64,000 bases of DNA from an uncultured delta proteobacterium. GTDB lineage: Bacteria; Myxococcota_A; Polyangia; Polyangiales; Polyangiaceae. Every line of letters begins with the position of its first letter. Position 1 is the stretch's first letter. Shown in pieces: positions 55,290 to 64,000 of the stretch. The stretch is from NCBI GenBank assembly GCA_963716725.1, contig CAVQUB010000018.1, positions 64,001 through 128,000 on the forward strand, in the 5' to 3' direction. The notes below the pieces were generated by a model. The model made no database searches and was not told the origin of the DNA. It was given only the letters and a program-made list of their open reading frames with translations. The translations under genes and the position numbers were made by a program.

Positions 55290-57914
55290 ATGAAGAAGTT
55301 CACGAAGATGGCTCCTCGTCACCGGAATGTTGCGCTCGGCCTCAGCGCCATCGCCCTGGCATGCACTGCGGGCTGCGGCGACTCCAGCGGCGGAGGAGGC
55401 GGCGGCACCGGCAACCTGGGCGGCACCGGCAACCTGGGTGGCACCGGCGGCGCCGGCGGCGGCGGCGGCGCCGGCGGCAGCGCGGGCAGCGGCGGCAGCG
55501 GCGGTCTCGCGGGCAGCGGCGGTCTCGCGGGCGGCGGCGGCACCGGCGGCAGCACGGGCGGCACCGGGCCCGGGACCGCCCTGAAGATCACCGAGTGCAA
55601 GACGCTGGCTCCCGGCGCTGGGCTCTGCAGCACCAAGGCTGGCCAGAAGGGCGTGCGCCTGGTCGGCACCGTGCTCGCTCCGCAGGAGATCCTCCGAGGC
55701 GGCGAGGTGTTGATCGACGAGAGCGGCACCATCACCTGCGTGGGTTGCGACTGCTCGAGCGCCCCCGGTGCGGCCACGGCGCATACCGTGACTTGCGCCC
55801 AGGGAGTCATCTCACCCGGTCTGATCAACTCCCACGACCACATCACCTACGCGAACAACGCGCCACACGACGCAGGCACCGTGCGTTACGATCACCGCCA
55901 CGAGTGGCGCATCGGCGCCGGTACGAGCAAGCCGAAGATCACCTACGCCAGCGGCGCGGCCAAGAACGTAGTGCTCGCCGCGGAGCTCCGCTTCGTGATG
56001 AGCGGCGCGACCTCGGCCGTGAGCGCTGGCGGAACGCCGTTCTTGTTGCGCAACCTCGACACGGCGAGCAAAGAGGGTCTGCCCGCCGCCACGGTCAACA
56101 GCGACACCTTCCCGCTCGACGACGCCAGCGGCAAGATGGTGACCTCGGGCTGCAACTACGGCTCGAAACCCACCACAGCGCAGGAAATCGCGGGCCTCGA
56201 CGGCTACCAGCCGCACATCTCCGAGGGCGTGAACCAGGCGGCCCGGAACGAACTCACCTGCACCAGCGCCGGCACCACCGACGTCATCGAGCCGCAGACC
56301 GCCATCGTGCACGCCGTGGCGGTGACCCCCGTCGAGGCGAAGGCCATCCGCGACGAGCGGGCCTGGGTGGTCTGGTCCCCTCGCTCCAACGTGGCGCTCT
56401 ACGGCAACACCGCACCGGTCACGCTGCTCGACACCATGGGTGTCGGCATGGCGCTCGGGACGGACTGGATCCTGAGCGGTTCGATGAACCTCGCCCGGGA
56501 GCTTCGCTGCGCCGACGAGCTGAACCAGACGCAATACGGCAAGCACTTCTCCGATTTCGACCTGTGGCGCATGGTCACGACCAACGCCGCGTTCGCCGCG
56601 GGCATCGAGCGCGGAGTTGGCATGCTGAAACCCGGCTTCGTCGCGGACGTCGCCATCTTCGACGGCAGCGTGAACAAGGATCATCGGGCCGTGATCGCGG
56701 CGGAGCCGAAGAACGTAGCCCTGGTGCTGCGAGGCGGAGCGCCGCTCTACGGCGACGACGCGCTGCTGAACGACGCCGCCATCGGCGGCTCGAGCTGCGA
56801 GGTCATCGATGTGTGTGGGGCTCCCAAGCGCGCTTGCGTCTCCAAGGACACGGGCGGCACGGTCACTCTGGCCGCGGTCAAAGCGGCAGGCGACGCGTTC
56901 GCGCCGCTGTTCAACTGCGGGGCACCCCTCAAAGAACCGAGCTGCCTGCCGTCACGGCCAGGCGAGTACGGCGGGCAGAGCACCGCGACGGACAAGGACG
57001 GCGACGGGATCCCCGACGCGAGCGATCTCTGCCCGAGCGTCTTCGATCCGACGCGCCCCTTGGACGGCGGCAAGCAGGGCAACGCCGACGGCGACGCCAA
57101 GGGCGATGCCTGCGATCCCTGCCCCTCGGATCCGACCGACAAGTGCGGCGCGGCCAATCCGGACGACCTGGACGGCGATGGCTGGGCAAACGGCGTCGAC
57201 AACTGTCCGGACACCGCCAACGGCGGCCAAGCGGATGCCGACGGCGACGGCAAGGGCGACGCCTGCGACACCTGCCCAACCGCCAATTCAGGGTTCACCG
57301 CCTGCGCCATCGGTATCGAGGCGGTTCGCGACCCGGCCCACCCGCAGCACCCGAAGGTGGGCTCGAAGGTCAAGCTCACGGGGCTCTACGTCACCGGGCT
57401 GCGTCCGCCCACCGGAAAGAACCAGGGCTTCTACGTGCAAGACGCCTCCCTCAAGCCCTTCACCGGCATCTTCGTGTTCACGGGCAGCGTCAGCCCCACG
57501 GTTGCGGTCGGGAACAAGATCGACCTGGCCGGAACCTACGACGAGTTCTTCGACCTGAGCGAGCTGACCAACCCAGTCGTCACCGTCACCGACAGCGGAA
57601 CGACGCTGCCCTTCTCGCCCATCGCCGTCACGAATCCAGCCGAGATCGCCACCGGCGGCGCCAAGGCTGAAGGCTTCGAGTCGATGTTGCTGTCCGTCGC
57701 CGGCGTGAAGGTGACCAACGCGAATCCCGACGCCCCGGGCGACTTCGACGAGTTCACCGTGACCGGCAACCTGCGCATCGACGACGAGCTCGATCCGGCC
57801 ATCGACAATACCTACGCCGTTGGCGCGTCGTTCTCGAAGGTCACGGGGATCCTGATCTATGGCTTCTCGAACCGCAAGCTGGCGCCACGCAGCGTGAGCG
57901 AGCTGGTGCCCTGA
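55290..57914 (+). CDS. Lipoprotein amidohydrolase with TSP3 repeats and C-terminal OB-fold-like domain
   Basis: Lipobox TAGC, Gly linker, PGLINSHDH, HISEG, IVHAVA, WSPRSN, LGTDW, GFVADVAIFD; DxDGDGxxDxC repeats; GFYVQD. Confidence 0.82.
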   Translation: MKKFTKMAPRHRNVALGLSAIALACTAGCGDSSGGGGGGTGNLGGTGNLGGTGGAGGGGGAGGSAGSGGSGGLAGSGGLAGGGGTGGSTGGTGPGTALKITECKTLAPGAGLCSTKAGQKGVRLVGTVLAPQEILRGGEVLIDESGTITCVGCDCSSAPGAATAHTVTCAQGVISPGLINSHDHITYANNAPHDAGTVRYDHRHEWRIGAGTSKPKITYASGAAKNVVLAAELRFVMSGATSAVSAGGTPFLLRNLDTASKEGLPAATVNSDTFPLDDASGKMVTSGCNYGSKPTTAQEIAGLDGYQPHISEGVNQAARNELTCTSAGTTDVIEPQTAIVHAVAVTPVEAKAIRDERAWVVWSPRSNVALYGNTAPVTLLDTMGVGMALGTDWILSGSMNLARELRCADELNQTQYGKHFSDFDLWRMVTTNAAFAAGIERGVGMLKPGFVADVAIFDGSVNKDHRAVIAAEPKNVALVLRGGAPLYGDDALLNDAAIGGSSCEVIDVCGAPKRACVSKDTGGTVTLAAVKAAGDAFAPLFNCGAPLKEPSCLPSRPGEYGGQSTATDKDGDGIPDASDLCPSVFDPTRPLDGGKQGNADGDAKGDACDPCPSDPTDKCGAANPDDLDGDGWANGVDNCPDTANGGQADADGDGKGDACDTCPTANSGFTACAIGIEAVRDPAHPQHPKVGSKVKLTGLYVTGLRPPTGKNQGFYVQDASLKPFTGIFVFTGSVSPTVAVGNKIDLAGTYDEFFDLSELTNPVVTVTDSGTTLPFSPIAVTNPAEIATGGAKAEGFESMLLSVAGVKVTNANPDAPGDFDEFTVTGNLRIDDELDPAIDNTYAVGASFSKVTGILIYGFSNRKLAPRSVSELVP

Positions 57915-57938
57915 GTAGCTGGTGCCCTGAGTAGCTGG
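57901..57938 (+). repeat. 16-bp tandem duplication spanning the stop codon
   Basis: AGCTGGTGCCCTGAGT x2 plus AGCTGG. Confidence 0.9.
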
Positions 57939-57945
57939 CGAACGA

Positions 57946-57976
57946 ACGCCCTCCAGGACCGAGTCCGGGAGGGCGT
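57946..57976. terminator. GC-rich hairpin between convergent genes (terminator-like)
   Basis: ACGCCCTCC-A-GGAC-CGA-GTCC-G-GGAGGGCGT; no strong U tract. Confidence 0.5.
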
Positions 57977-58008
57977 GCAGCGCCTCAGTTGGGCGGAAGG
58001 CCGCTGTG

Positions 58009-58188
58009 TCAGGCCGGGTTGGTCGGCTTCTTGTCCTCGGGAGCCGGCTTCTTCACGTCCTTCTTCTTCTTGTGGTCGTGCTCGCCGCCGCAGAGCTGCG
58101 TGGGGGTCAACGAAGGAGCCGCAGCAGCCGAGGCGGCAAACGTGAGGCCGGCCGCCAAGAACAGCGCGCAGAGGGATGTCGAGTGCAT
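58009..58188 (-). CDS. Small secreted Lys-rich peptide (59 aa)
   Basis: MHSTSLCALFLAAGLTFAASAAAAPSLTPTQLCGGEHDHKKKKDVKKPAPEDKKPTNPA*; mostly G/C-ending codons; shorter than any ORF in the track. Confidence 0.65.
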   Translation of the reverse strand: MHSTSLCALFLAAGLTFAASAAAAPSLTPTQLCGGEHDHKKKKDVKKPAPEDKKPTNPA

Positions 58189-58328
58189 GGCGCGTCATTT
58201 GGAACGACTGACCCGCGCCGTCAAGCGCTCGGGGCGCGGCAAATTGCCGCAGTAATTGCCGACCGGGGCGGCGGCGCTGGCCGAGACGCAGCTCCTTTGC
58301 CGATAATCCCCCGCGCTCGGAGGAAACT

Positions 58329-60579
58329 GTGAAGATCGCATGCATCGGCGGTGGCCCCGCGGGGCTCTATTTCGGCATCCTGATGAAGCGGGCCGATCCC
58401 GCCCACGAGGTCACGGTGTGGGAGCAAAACCGTGCCGACGACACCTTCGGCTTCGGCGTCGTCTTCTCGGACGCGACCATGGGTAACCTCGCGACCGCCG
58501 ATCCGGAAAGCCACGCGGCCATCATTCGGAGCTTCGCGCACTGGAATGACATCGACATCCACTTCGCGGGTCGCGTCGTGCGCTCGACGGGCCACGGCTT
58601 CGCGGGCATGGGCCGGCAGCAGCTCCTCACAATCTTGCAGGGCCGGGCTCGCGAGCTGGGCGTCGTGGTTCGCTACGAGCAAGCAGCGCCACCTCTCGAC
58701 GAAACTGACCGAGAGTCATGACCTCGTAGTCGCCGCCGACGGCGTCAACAGCGCGGCGCGCAACGAGCTCGCGGCACACCTCGGGCCGGATCTCGACTTT
58801 CGCCCCAACCGCTTCGTATGGCTCGGCACGACGTTTCCGTTCCAAGCGTTCACCTTCTACTTCCGCGAGAACGAACACGGGCTGTTCCGCGTGCACGCCT
58901 ACCGTTACGCAGAGGGCTCTTCCACCTTCATTCTCGAGTGTACCGAAGACACTTGGAAGAAAGCCGGACTGGACCAGGCCAGCGAGGCGGACACCGTCGC
59001 CTACGCAGAGGCGCTATTTTCCAGCGAGCTCCGCGGGCACCGCCTGCTGGCGAACCGCAGCATCTGGCGCGCCTTCCCCACCGTCAAGAACCGCGCTTGG
59101 CACCATGAAAACGTGGTGCTCATGGGGGACGCGGCGCACACCGCTCACTTCTCCATCGGGTCGGGCACCAAGCTGGCGATGGAAGCCTGCATCGCCCTCC
59201 GCGACGCCGTTGCGTCCCACCCCAAGCTCGAAGATGCGCTCGAAGCCTACGAGTCCGGGCATCGCCCTGGAGTCGAAGGGACCCAGCGGGCCGCCCAGGT
59301 GAGCCTCGAATGGTTCGAGAACACCGAACGATACATGAAGCTCGATCCCACGCGCTTCGCCTTCAGCCTGCTCACCCGCAGTCTGCGCGTCACCCACGAG
59401 AACCTCGCGCTCCGGGATCCCGACTTCGTTCACGAGGCCAATCGCTTGGTGGTCAGCGAATCGCGGGCGCAGTCTGGGCGTGAGGTGCGCGAGGGGACGC
59501 CGCCGATGTTCACCCCTTACCGCCTGCGCGACTTGGTGCTCGACAACCGCATCGTGGTCTCTCCCATGTGCCAGTACTCCGCGGACGACGGAGTGGTCGA
59601 CGACTGGCACCTGGTGCACCTCGGCAGCAGAGCGCTCGGCGGCGCGGGCTTGGTCATGACCGAAATGACCGACGTGAGTCGCGACGGGCGCATCACTCCC
59701 GGCTGCGCCGGCCTCTACCGCCCGGAGCACGCGACCGCCTACCGTCGCGTGGTCGACTTCGTGCACCGGCACAGCAGCGCAAAGATCGGCGTGCAGCTCG
59801 CGCACGCGGGGCGCAAAGGCGCCACGAAACTCCCGTGGGAGGGCCCCGACCTGCCGCTGGGGACCGGCGATTGGCCGCTGATTTCCGCGTCTGCCCTGCC
59901 CTACCTGGCGGAGAGCCAACTGCCTCGCAGCATGTCCCGGGCCGACATGGACGCGGTAACAGCGGACTTCGTGCGAGCCGCGGAGCTGGCGAACCAAGCG
60001 GACTTCGACCTGCTCGAGCTGCACTGCGCCCACGGCTACCTGCTCGCGAGCTTCATCTCCCCTCTGACCAACCGGCGCGACGACGAGTACGGCGGCGCCA
60101 TCGAAGGGCGCATGCGCTATCCGCTCGAGGTGTTCGACGCCGTGCGCGCCGCCTGGCCTGCCCATCGCCCCATGAGCGTACGCATCTCGGCCTGCGACTG
60201 GGCGCCCGGTGGCGTCGATCTGGCAGATATCGTGAAGGCCGCCACGCTCTTGAAACAGCATGGTGCGGACATCATCGACGTGTCGGCGGGACAAACCGTC
60301 AGCGACGCCAGGCCGATCTATGGCCGCCTGTTCCAGACTCCCTTCAGCGAGCGGGTTCGGCTCGAGGCCAGCGTCCCCACCATGACCGTGGGCAACATCT
60401 CGTCCTGGTCGGACGCCAACAGCATCATCGCGGCGGGTCGCGCGGATCTCTGCGTGCTCGCTCGCGCGCACCTCTACGATCCTTACTGGACGCGCCACGC
60501 CGCGAACGAGCAGGGCTGGGAGCTCGAGTGGCCAAGCCAGTACGCCAGCGTGAGGCGATACGTCCCGCGCTTCCGCTGA
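58329..60579 (+). CDS. Bifunctional salicylyl-CoA 5-hydroxylase / anthraniloyl-CoA monooxygenase-type FAD monooxygenase + OYE oxidoreductase (one frameshift)
   Basis: [40 protein letters not shown]; then [25 protein letters not shown]. Frame break around 58680-58715. Confidence 0.88.
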
Positions 60580-60594
60580 GGCGAGCCCAGCGAT

Positions 60595-61215
60595 TCAGCT
60601 ACCGCTGCGCTCGGCGATACGTTTGTCGAGCCGGGGATAAGGCTGCTCGACCACTAGGTTCCAGCTCTCCCCATTGCGCCAGAATCGTCCCCAAATCTCC
60701 GGGGCTTGCGCCGCGCGCGACCCGATCACCACGCCGATCACGTCGCCCGGGCTGAGCGCGGGTCGCCCCGCAGCGTGGGTGAGCACGTCGCCATCCACCA
60801 GGCCGATGCCGAGCCCGCCCACGCCGGTCAGCGCAAGGCCCGCCGGGCGATCGCCGCGCGCCGATACCGGGACGCCACCCGGCCGCGCGCCGGAGTTGGC
60901 CAGCCGCAGTACGGCGCCCGCTCGCACTCGAATGCCCTTTGGCACCGGCCTGATCGCGCGCGCTGGCGGGCTCGGGCCCACGCTAGGCTCGGCGCGCGGG
61001 GTAGCCACAACCGGTGACGTTGGAGGCGGTAGCGCCTCGACGTAGACCGGTCGCACCTCTCGCTGGGGCGCGCGGAGCAGGCCTCGGGTCGCAAGGTCGA
61101 GAGACCGCGCAGCGGCGCGCCCCAGCGTGTCGGCGAGCGTCGACGCACCGACCGCGAGCACTGGCAGCGGTAGCGTCAACGCGAGCGCGAACACCCAGGA
61201 CGAGCGCCTCACCAT
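60595..61215 (-). CDS. Hypothetical membrane-anchored protein with PDZ-like C-terminus
   Basis: N-terminal hydrophobic segment; GLVDGDVLTHAAG motif. Confidence 0.5.
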   Translation of the reverse strand: MVRRSSWVFALALTLPLPVLAVGASTLADTLGRAAARSLDLATRGLLRAPQREVRPVYVEALPPPTSPVVATPRAEPSVGPSPPARAIRPVPKGIRVRAGAVLRLANSGARPGGVPVSARGDRPAGLALTGVGGLGIGLVDGDVLTHAAGRPALSPGDVIGVVIGSRAAQAPEIWGRFWRNGESWNLVVEQPYPRLDKRIAERSGS

Positions 61216-61248
61216 CAGAAGAGTACCACAGCGCAGGAGGCGCCGTCT

Positions 61249-61716
61249 TCAGTTCCGAATGCGCCAGTTCCCGGCGTAGGTGCGCCCGAGTTCATCGCAG
61301 GTGGGATCCGTGACGATCAGCTCGGGCCGGGCGTTCTGACATACGACGATGGTGTTCTGCCGGAAGGTCCGTCCGAAGTACACCGCCTCTTCCCGCTGGA
61401 TCCCGTGGACCAGCCAGGCCGGCTCGCGCCACACGCCCTCGGGCTCCTCGTCGTAGCCGACGCAGTGCTCGACCCGATAACAACCGAGAATGAGCAGGTC
61501 GCGCATCACGTGATGCCTCGCCTCGTTGACGCGGCGAGGAAGCAGCATGCTGCGCGGATTGTAGGCCGTCAGGATCGCGAAGTCGCGGCGGAGCAGCTCC
61601 GGGATGTTGCCGATGTCTTGGACGATTTCGCCGTCCAGCGAGACGCGAACCAGCCCCGACTCCGAGGGCAGCTCGTAGACGGTCGCGAAGTAGGAGCGAA
61701 GCAGGTTCTGATCCAC
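61249..61716 (-). CDS. DUF3293-like protein
   Basis: YFATVY, FAILTAYNPRS, N, WREP, FGRTFRQNTI. Confidence 0.75.
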   Translation of the reverse strand: MDQNLLRSYFATVYELPSESGLVRVSLDGEIVQDIGNIPELLRRDFAILTAYNPRSMLLPRRVNEARHHVMRDLLILGCYRVEHCVGYDEEPEGVWREPAWLVHGIQREEAVYFGRTFRQNTIVVCQNARPELIVTDPTCDELGRTYAGNWRIRN

Positions 61717-61764
61717 GGCGCGTCGGTTCTAACGCAAATCGGCGCCTGTCACCACTTCGGGCTC

Positions 61765-62457
61765 TCAGGCCTGGAAGCGGTATCCGACGCCGCGAACGGT
61801 GACGAGATGAGCGGGCTCGGCAGGATCGTCCTCGAGCTTCGCCCGCAGCTGCAGCATGAAGTTGTCGATGGTGCGTGGTGTGCCGTGGTGGCCCGGGCCC
61901 CACACGCGTTTCAGGATTTGCTCACGCGAGAGGACCCGACCTGCCTCTTCCACCAGGCAGAGCAAGAGGTCGAACTCCGTCGCTGTGAGCGGCACGGTCT
62001 CGCCGGCGCGCTGGACCTCCCGGGCTCCGATGTCGATCACCAACCGGCCGGCGTTCACGACGCGATTGCCCGGCCGCGCGATGGCGTCTCGCCGGAGCTG
62101 AGCCTTCACCCGGGCCAGGAGCTCCGCCAAGCTGAATGGCTTGGTGATGTAGTCCTCGGCGCCGAGTTCGAGGCCCATCACCTTGTCCAGCTCGGCACCA
62201 CGCGCCGAGAGCAAGACGATGGGTGTCTTGCAGCCTTCGCCGCGGAGCTGCCGGAGGATTTCGAGGCCGTTCACCTTGGGCAACATGATGTCCAAGACCA
62301 CGAGGGAGACCTCGGGGGCTCGCGCCATGGCGAGCCCCGACTCGCCGTCGGTTGCCACGATCACATCGTAGCCCTCCGCCTCGAGGTTCATGCGCAAGCC
62401 GAGCGTGATGCTCTCGTCGTCTTCGACTACCAGGATGCGCTTCTTGGGCTCAGGCAT
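61765..62457 (-). CDS. OmpR-family response regulator
   Basis: ILVVEDD, LDIMLP, GAEDYITKPF, LTATEFDLL, TVRGVGYRF. Confidence 0.95.
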   Translation of the reverse strand: MPEPKKRILVVEDDESITLGLRMNLEAEGYDVIVATDGESGLAMARAPEVSLVVLDIMLPKVNGLEILRQLRGEGCKTPIVLLSARGAELDKVMGLELGAEDYITKPFSLAELLARVKAQLRRDAIARPGNRVVNAGRLVIDIGAREVQRAGETVPLTATEFDLLLCLVEEAGRVLSREQILKRVWGPGHHGTPRTIDNFMLQLRAKLEDDPAEPAHLVTVRGVGYRFQA

Positions 62458-63394
62458 CGCCATCGTCCTTCGTGGGCGCGTGGCCCTCGGTGGGCAGCAC
62501 CCGAGATAACACGACCATGAACGTGCTGCCTCGACCCGGTGCGCTTTCGACCTCGACCCGACCGCGATGGGCGCGGACCACGTGCTTCACGATGGCGAGG
62601 CCAAGCCCCGAACCCTCGCGATCTCGCGACAGCCGGTCGTCGACCCGGTAGAACTTCTCGAAGATCCGGGAGTGCTCGCGCTTCTCGAGCCCCTGCCCGT
62701 TGTCCTTGACCATGAAGCTCACCTCGCCGGGCTCGGCCCGGACGATCAGCTCGATCTCTGGCGGATCTCCGCCGTACTTGATGGCGTTGGTCAGGAGGTT
62801 CAAGAGCGCGTCACACAGGGCGGCGCGATCGGCATCGACGAAGACGTCTTCTTCGGGCAGGTCCACCCGAAACTCCGCCCGGCGTCGGTCGAGGACGGGG
62901 GCAAAGGCCGCGGTGGTCTTGGCCACCACATCTCGCACGCTGGTGACCTCGATGCTGAACTCTTTGCGCCCGCTCTCCATGCGGCCCCAGTCGAGCAGTC
63001 GATCGATCAGCTCTTGCAGCCGCATGCTCTCCCGCGCCAGGCCCTCGATGCACTTGTCCTCCGCCTCGAGGTCACCTCGGCGCAGCGCCAGAGTCTCGGC
63101 GAACAATCGAATTGATGTGAGCGGCGTCCGAAGCTCGTGCGACACTTTGGAGACGAAGTCGCTCTGGAGTCGCGAGAGGTTGGCCTCTCGACGCACGAAT
63201 ACCCAGACCAAGATGACGCCGGTGACCGAGGCGCCGCTGAAGCTGACGACGAGGATGCCCATCAGCAGATTGGCCTGCAACTCGCCGAGGAAGAGCATCA
63301 CTGCTCCCACGGTGAGCAGGAGCGCGGTTGGCACGACGATCAGCGAAACGAGCAGGATGACTATCCTGCGGTATCCAAGCTCGCGGGACGCCAT
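62450..63394 (-). CDS. Sensor histidine kinase (2 TM, minimal sensor loop)
   Basis: SHELRTPLTSI, NLLTNAIKY, DNGQG, IFEKFYR, GSGLGL. Confidence 0.94.
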   Translation of the reverse strand: MASRELGYRRIVILLVSLIVVPTALLLTVGAVMLFLGELQANLLMGILVVSFSGASVTGVILVWVFVRREANLSRLQSDFVSKVSHELRTPLTSIRLFAETLALRRGDLEAEDKCIEGLARESMRLQELIDRLLDWGRMESGRKEFSIEVTSVRDVVAKTTAAFAPVLDRRRAEFRVDLPEEDVFVDADRAALCDALLNLLTNAIKYGGDPPEIELIVRAEPGEVSFMVKDNGQGLEKREHSRIFEKFYRVDDRLSRDREGSGLGLAIVKHVVRAHRGRVEVESAPGRGSTFMVVLSRVLPTEGHAPTKDDGDA

Positions 63395-64000
63395 CACTGC
63401 GCTCCGTGAGCGCCCCCAAGCGCTTCCAGAAGCATCGCAGTGCTCCAGGCTTGGGCGGGGCAGGCCCGCCAGCGATGCGGCTCCTCGCCGTCCGCGAGCT
63501 GAGCGACGTGCCCGAGCAGGGCACCGCCCTGGACCGCTCTTTCGATCAGCCCGACCAGCTCCGCTTCCACCTCGCGGTCCCCGGGGTTTTGGGCCCGCAG
63601 GGCCCGCGCCCAGAACCCGAGCAGGTAAGGCCAGACCGAGCCGTGGTGCAGCGCTCTCTCGCGCTGGTCGGCGTCACCCTCGTAGTAGCCGATGAAGCCG
63701 CGATCGTCAGCCGCCAGAGTTCGCAGGCCATGGGGGGTCAACAGCTCGACCTTCACGCGCGCGATGATGGCGTCGGCCTGCCACGACTCGAACAGCTCCG
63801 GTGCCAAGGCGAGGGCGAGGAGCGCGTTGGGACGGATCGCTCGGATCCGCCCACGAGTCCGCGCTGGCGGGCTCGGAGCTCGTGCAGTCGAAGGGGTAGT
63901 CGGTCTCGTTGCACCAGAAGCGCGCACGGAAGGCCTCGGCGACGCGGGCCCGGGACGCTTCGGCGCCGCGAGCCAGTTGCTCGTGACCGTAGAACCGAGC
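63394..64000 (-). CDS. Amylo-alpha-1,6-glucosidase (glycogen debranching family), partial, with frameshift
   Basis: RFWCNETDYPFD, IRPNALLA, LLTPHGLRTL, HHGSVWPYLLG, ACPAQAWS; one-base frame break near 63840. Confidence 0.85.
   Translation of the reverse strand, partial: LGSTVTSNWLAAPKRPGPASPRPSVRASGATRPTTPSTARAPSPPARTRGRIRAIRPNALLALALAPELFESWQADAIIARVKVELLTPHGLRTLAADDRGFIGYYEGDADQRERALHHGSVWPYLLGFWARALRAQNPGDREVEAELVGLIERAVQGGALLGHVAQLADGEEPHRWRACPAQAWSTAMLLEALGGAHGAQ

Noticed and set aside
55385..55575. GGC-rich tandem repeats (also 49100-49320)
   Set aside because: They encode Gly/Ser/Thr linkers typical of myxobacterial lipoproteins.

Overview
High-GC window (estimated by eye) from what looks like a myxobacterial (Polyangiaceae-like) chromosome, judged from the eukaryote-like Ser/Thr kinases, a MYXO-CTERM-like tail, TSP3-repeat proteins and many Gly/Pro-rich lipoproteins. 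It contains about 55 CDS and two tRNAs (Ala-CGC, Cys-GCA). I saw no integrase, transposase, CRISPR array or rRNA. Housekeeping genes (hisG, murA, xseB, radC, dnaK, pcm, ybaK, rplM, rpsI, argC, uvrB, uppP) are mixed with envelope and signalling genes. Several conserved genes (murA, dnaK, uvrB, a flavin monooxygenase fusion, a debranching enzyme) have short indels, most likely sequencing or assembly errors. The best candidate for an undescribed system is a tightly coupled operon at 32815-37232. It encodes a POTRA-less Omp85 barrel, a lipoprotein with atypical-kinase-like motifs, and an Npt/TLC-family ATP/ADP translocase. It is flanked by a divergent HD nucleotidase-like gene, an unknown 2-TM protein and a GlpT-type MFS carrying an inserted PDZ-like domain. 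All product calls come from motif recognition by eye; no database searches were run.
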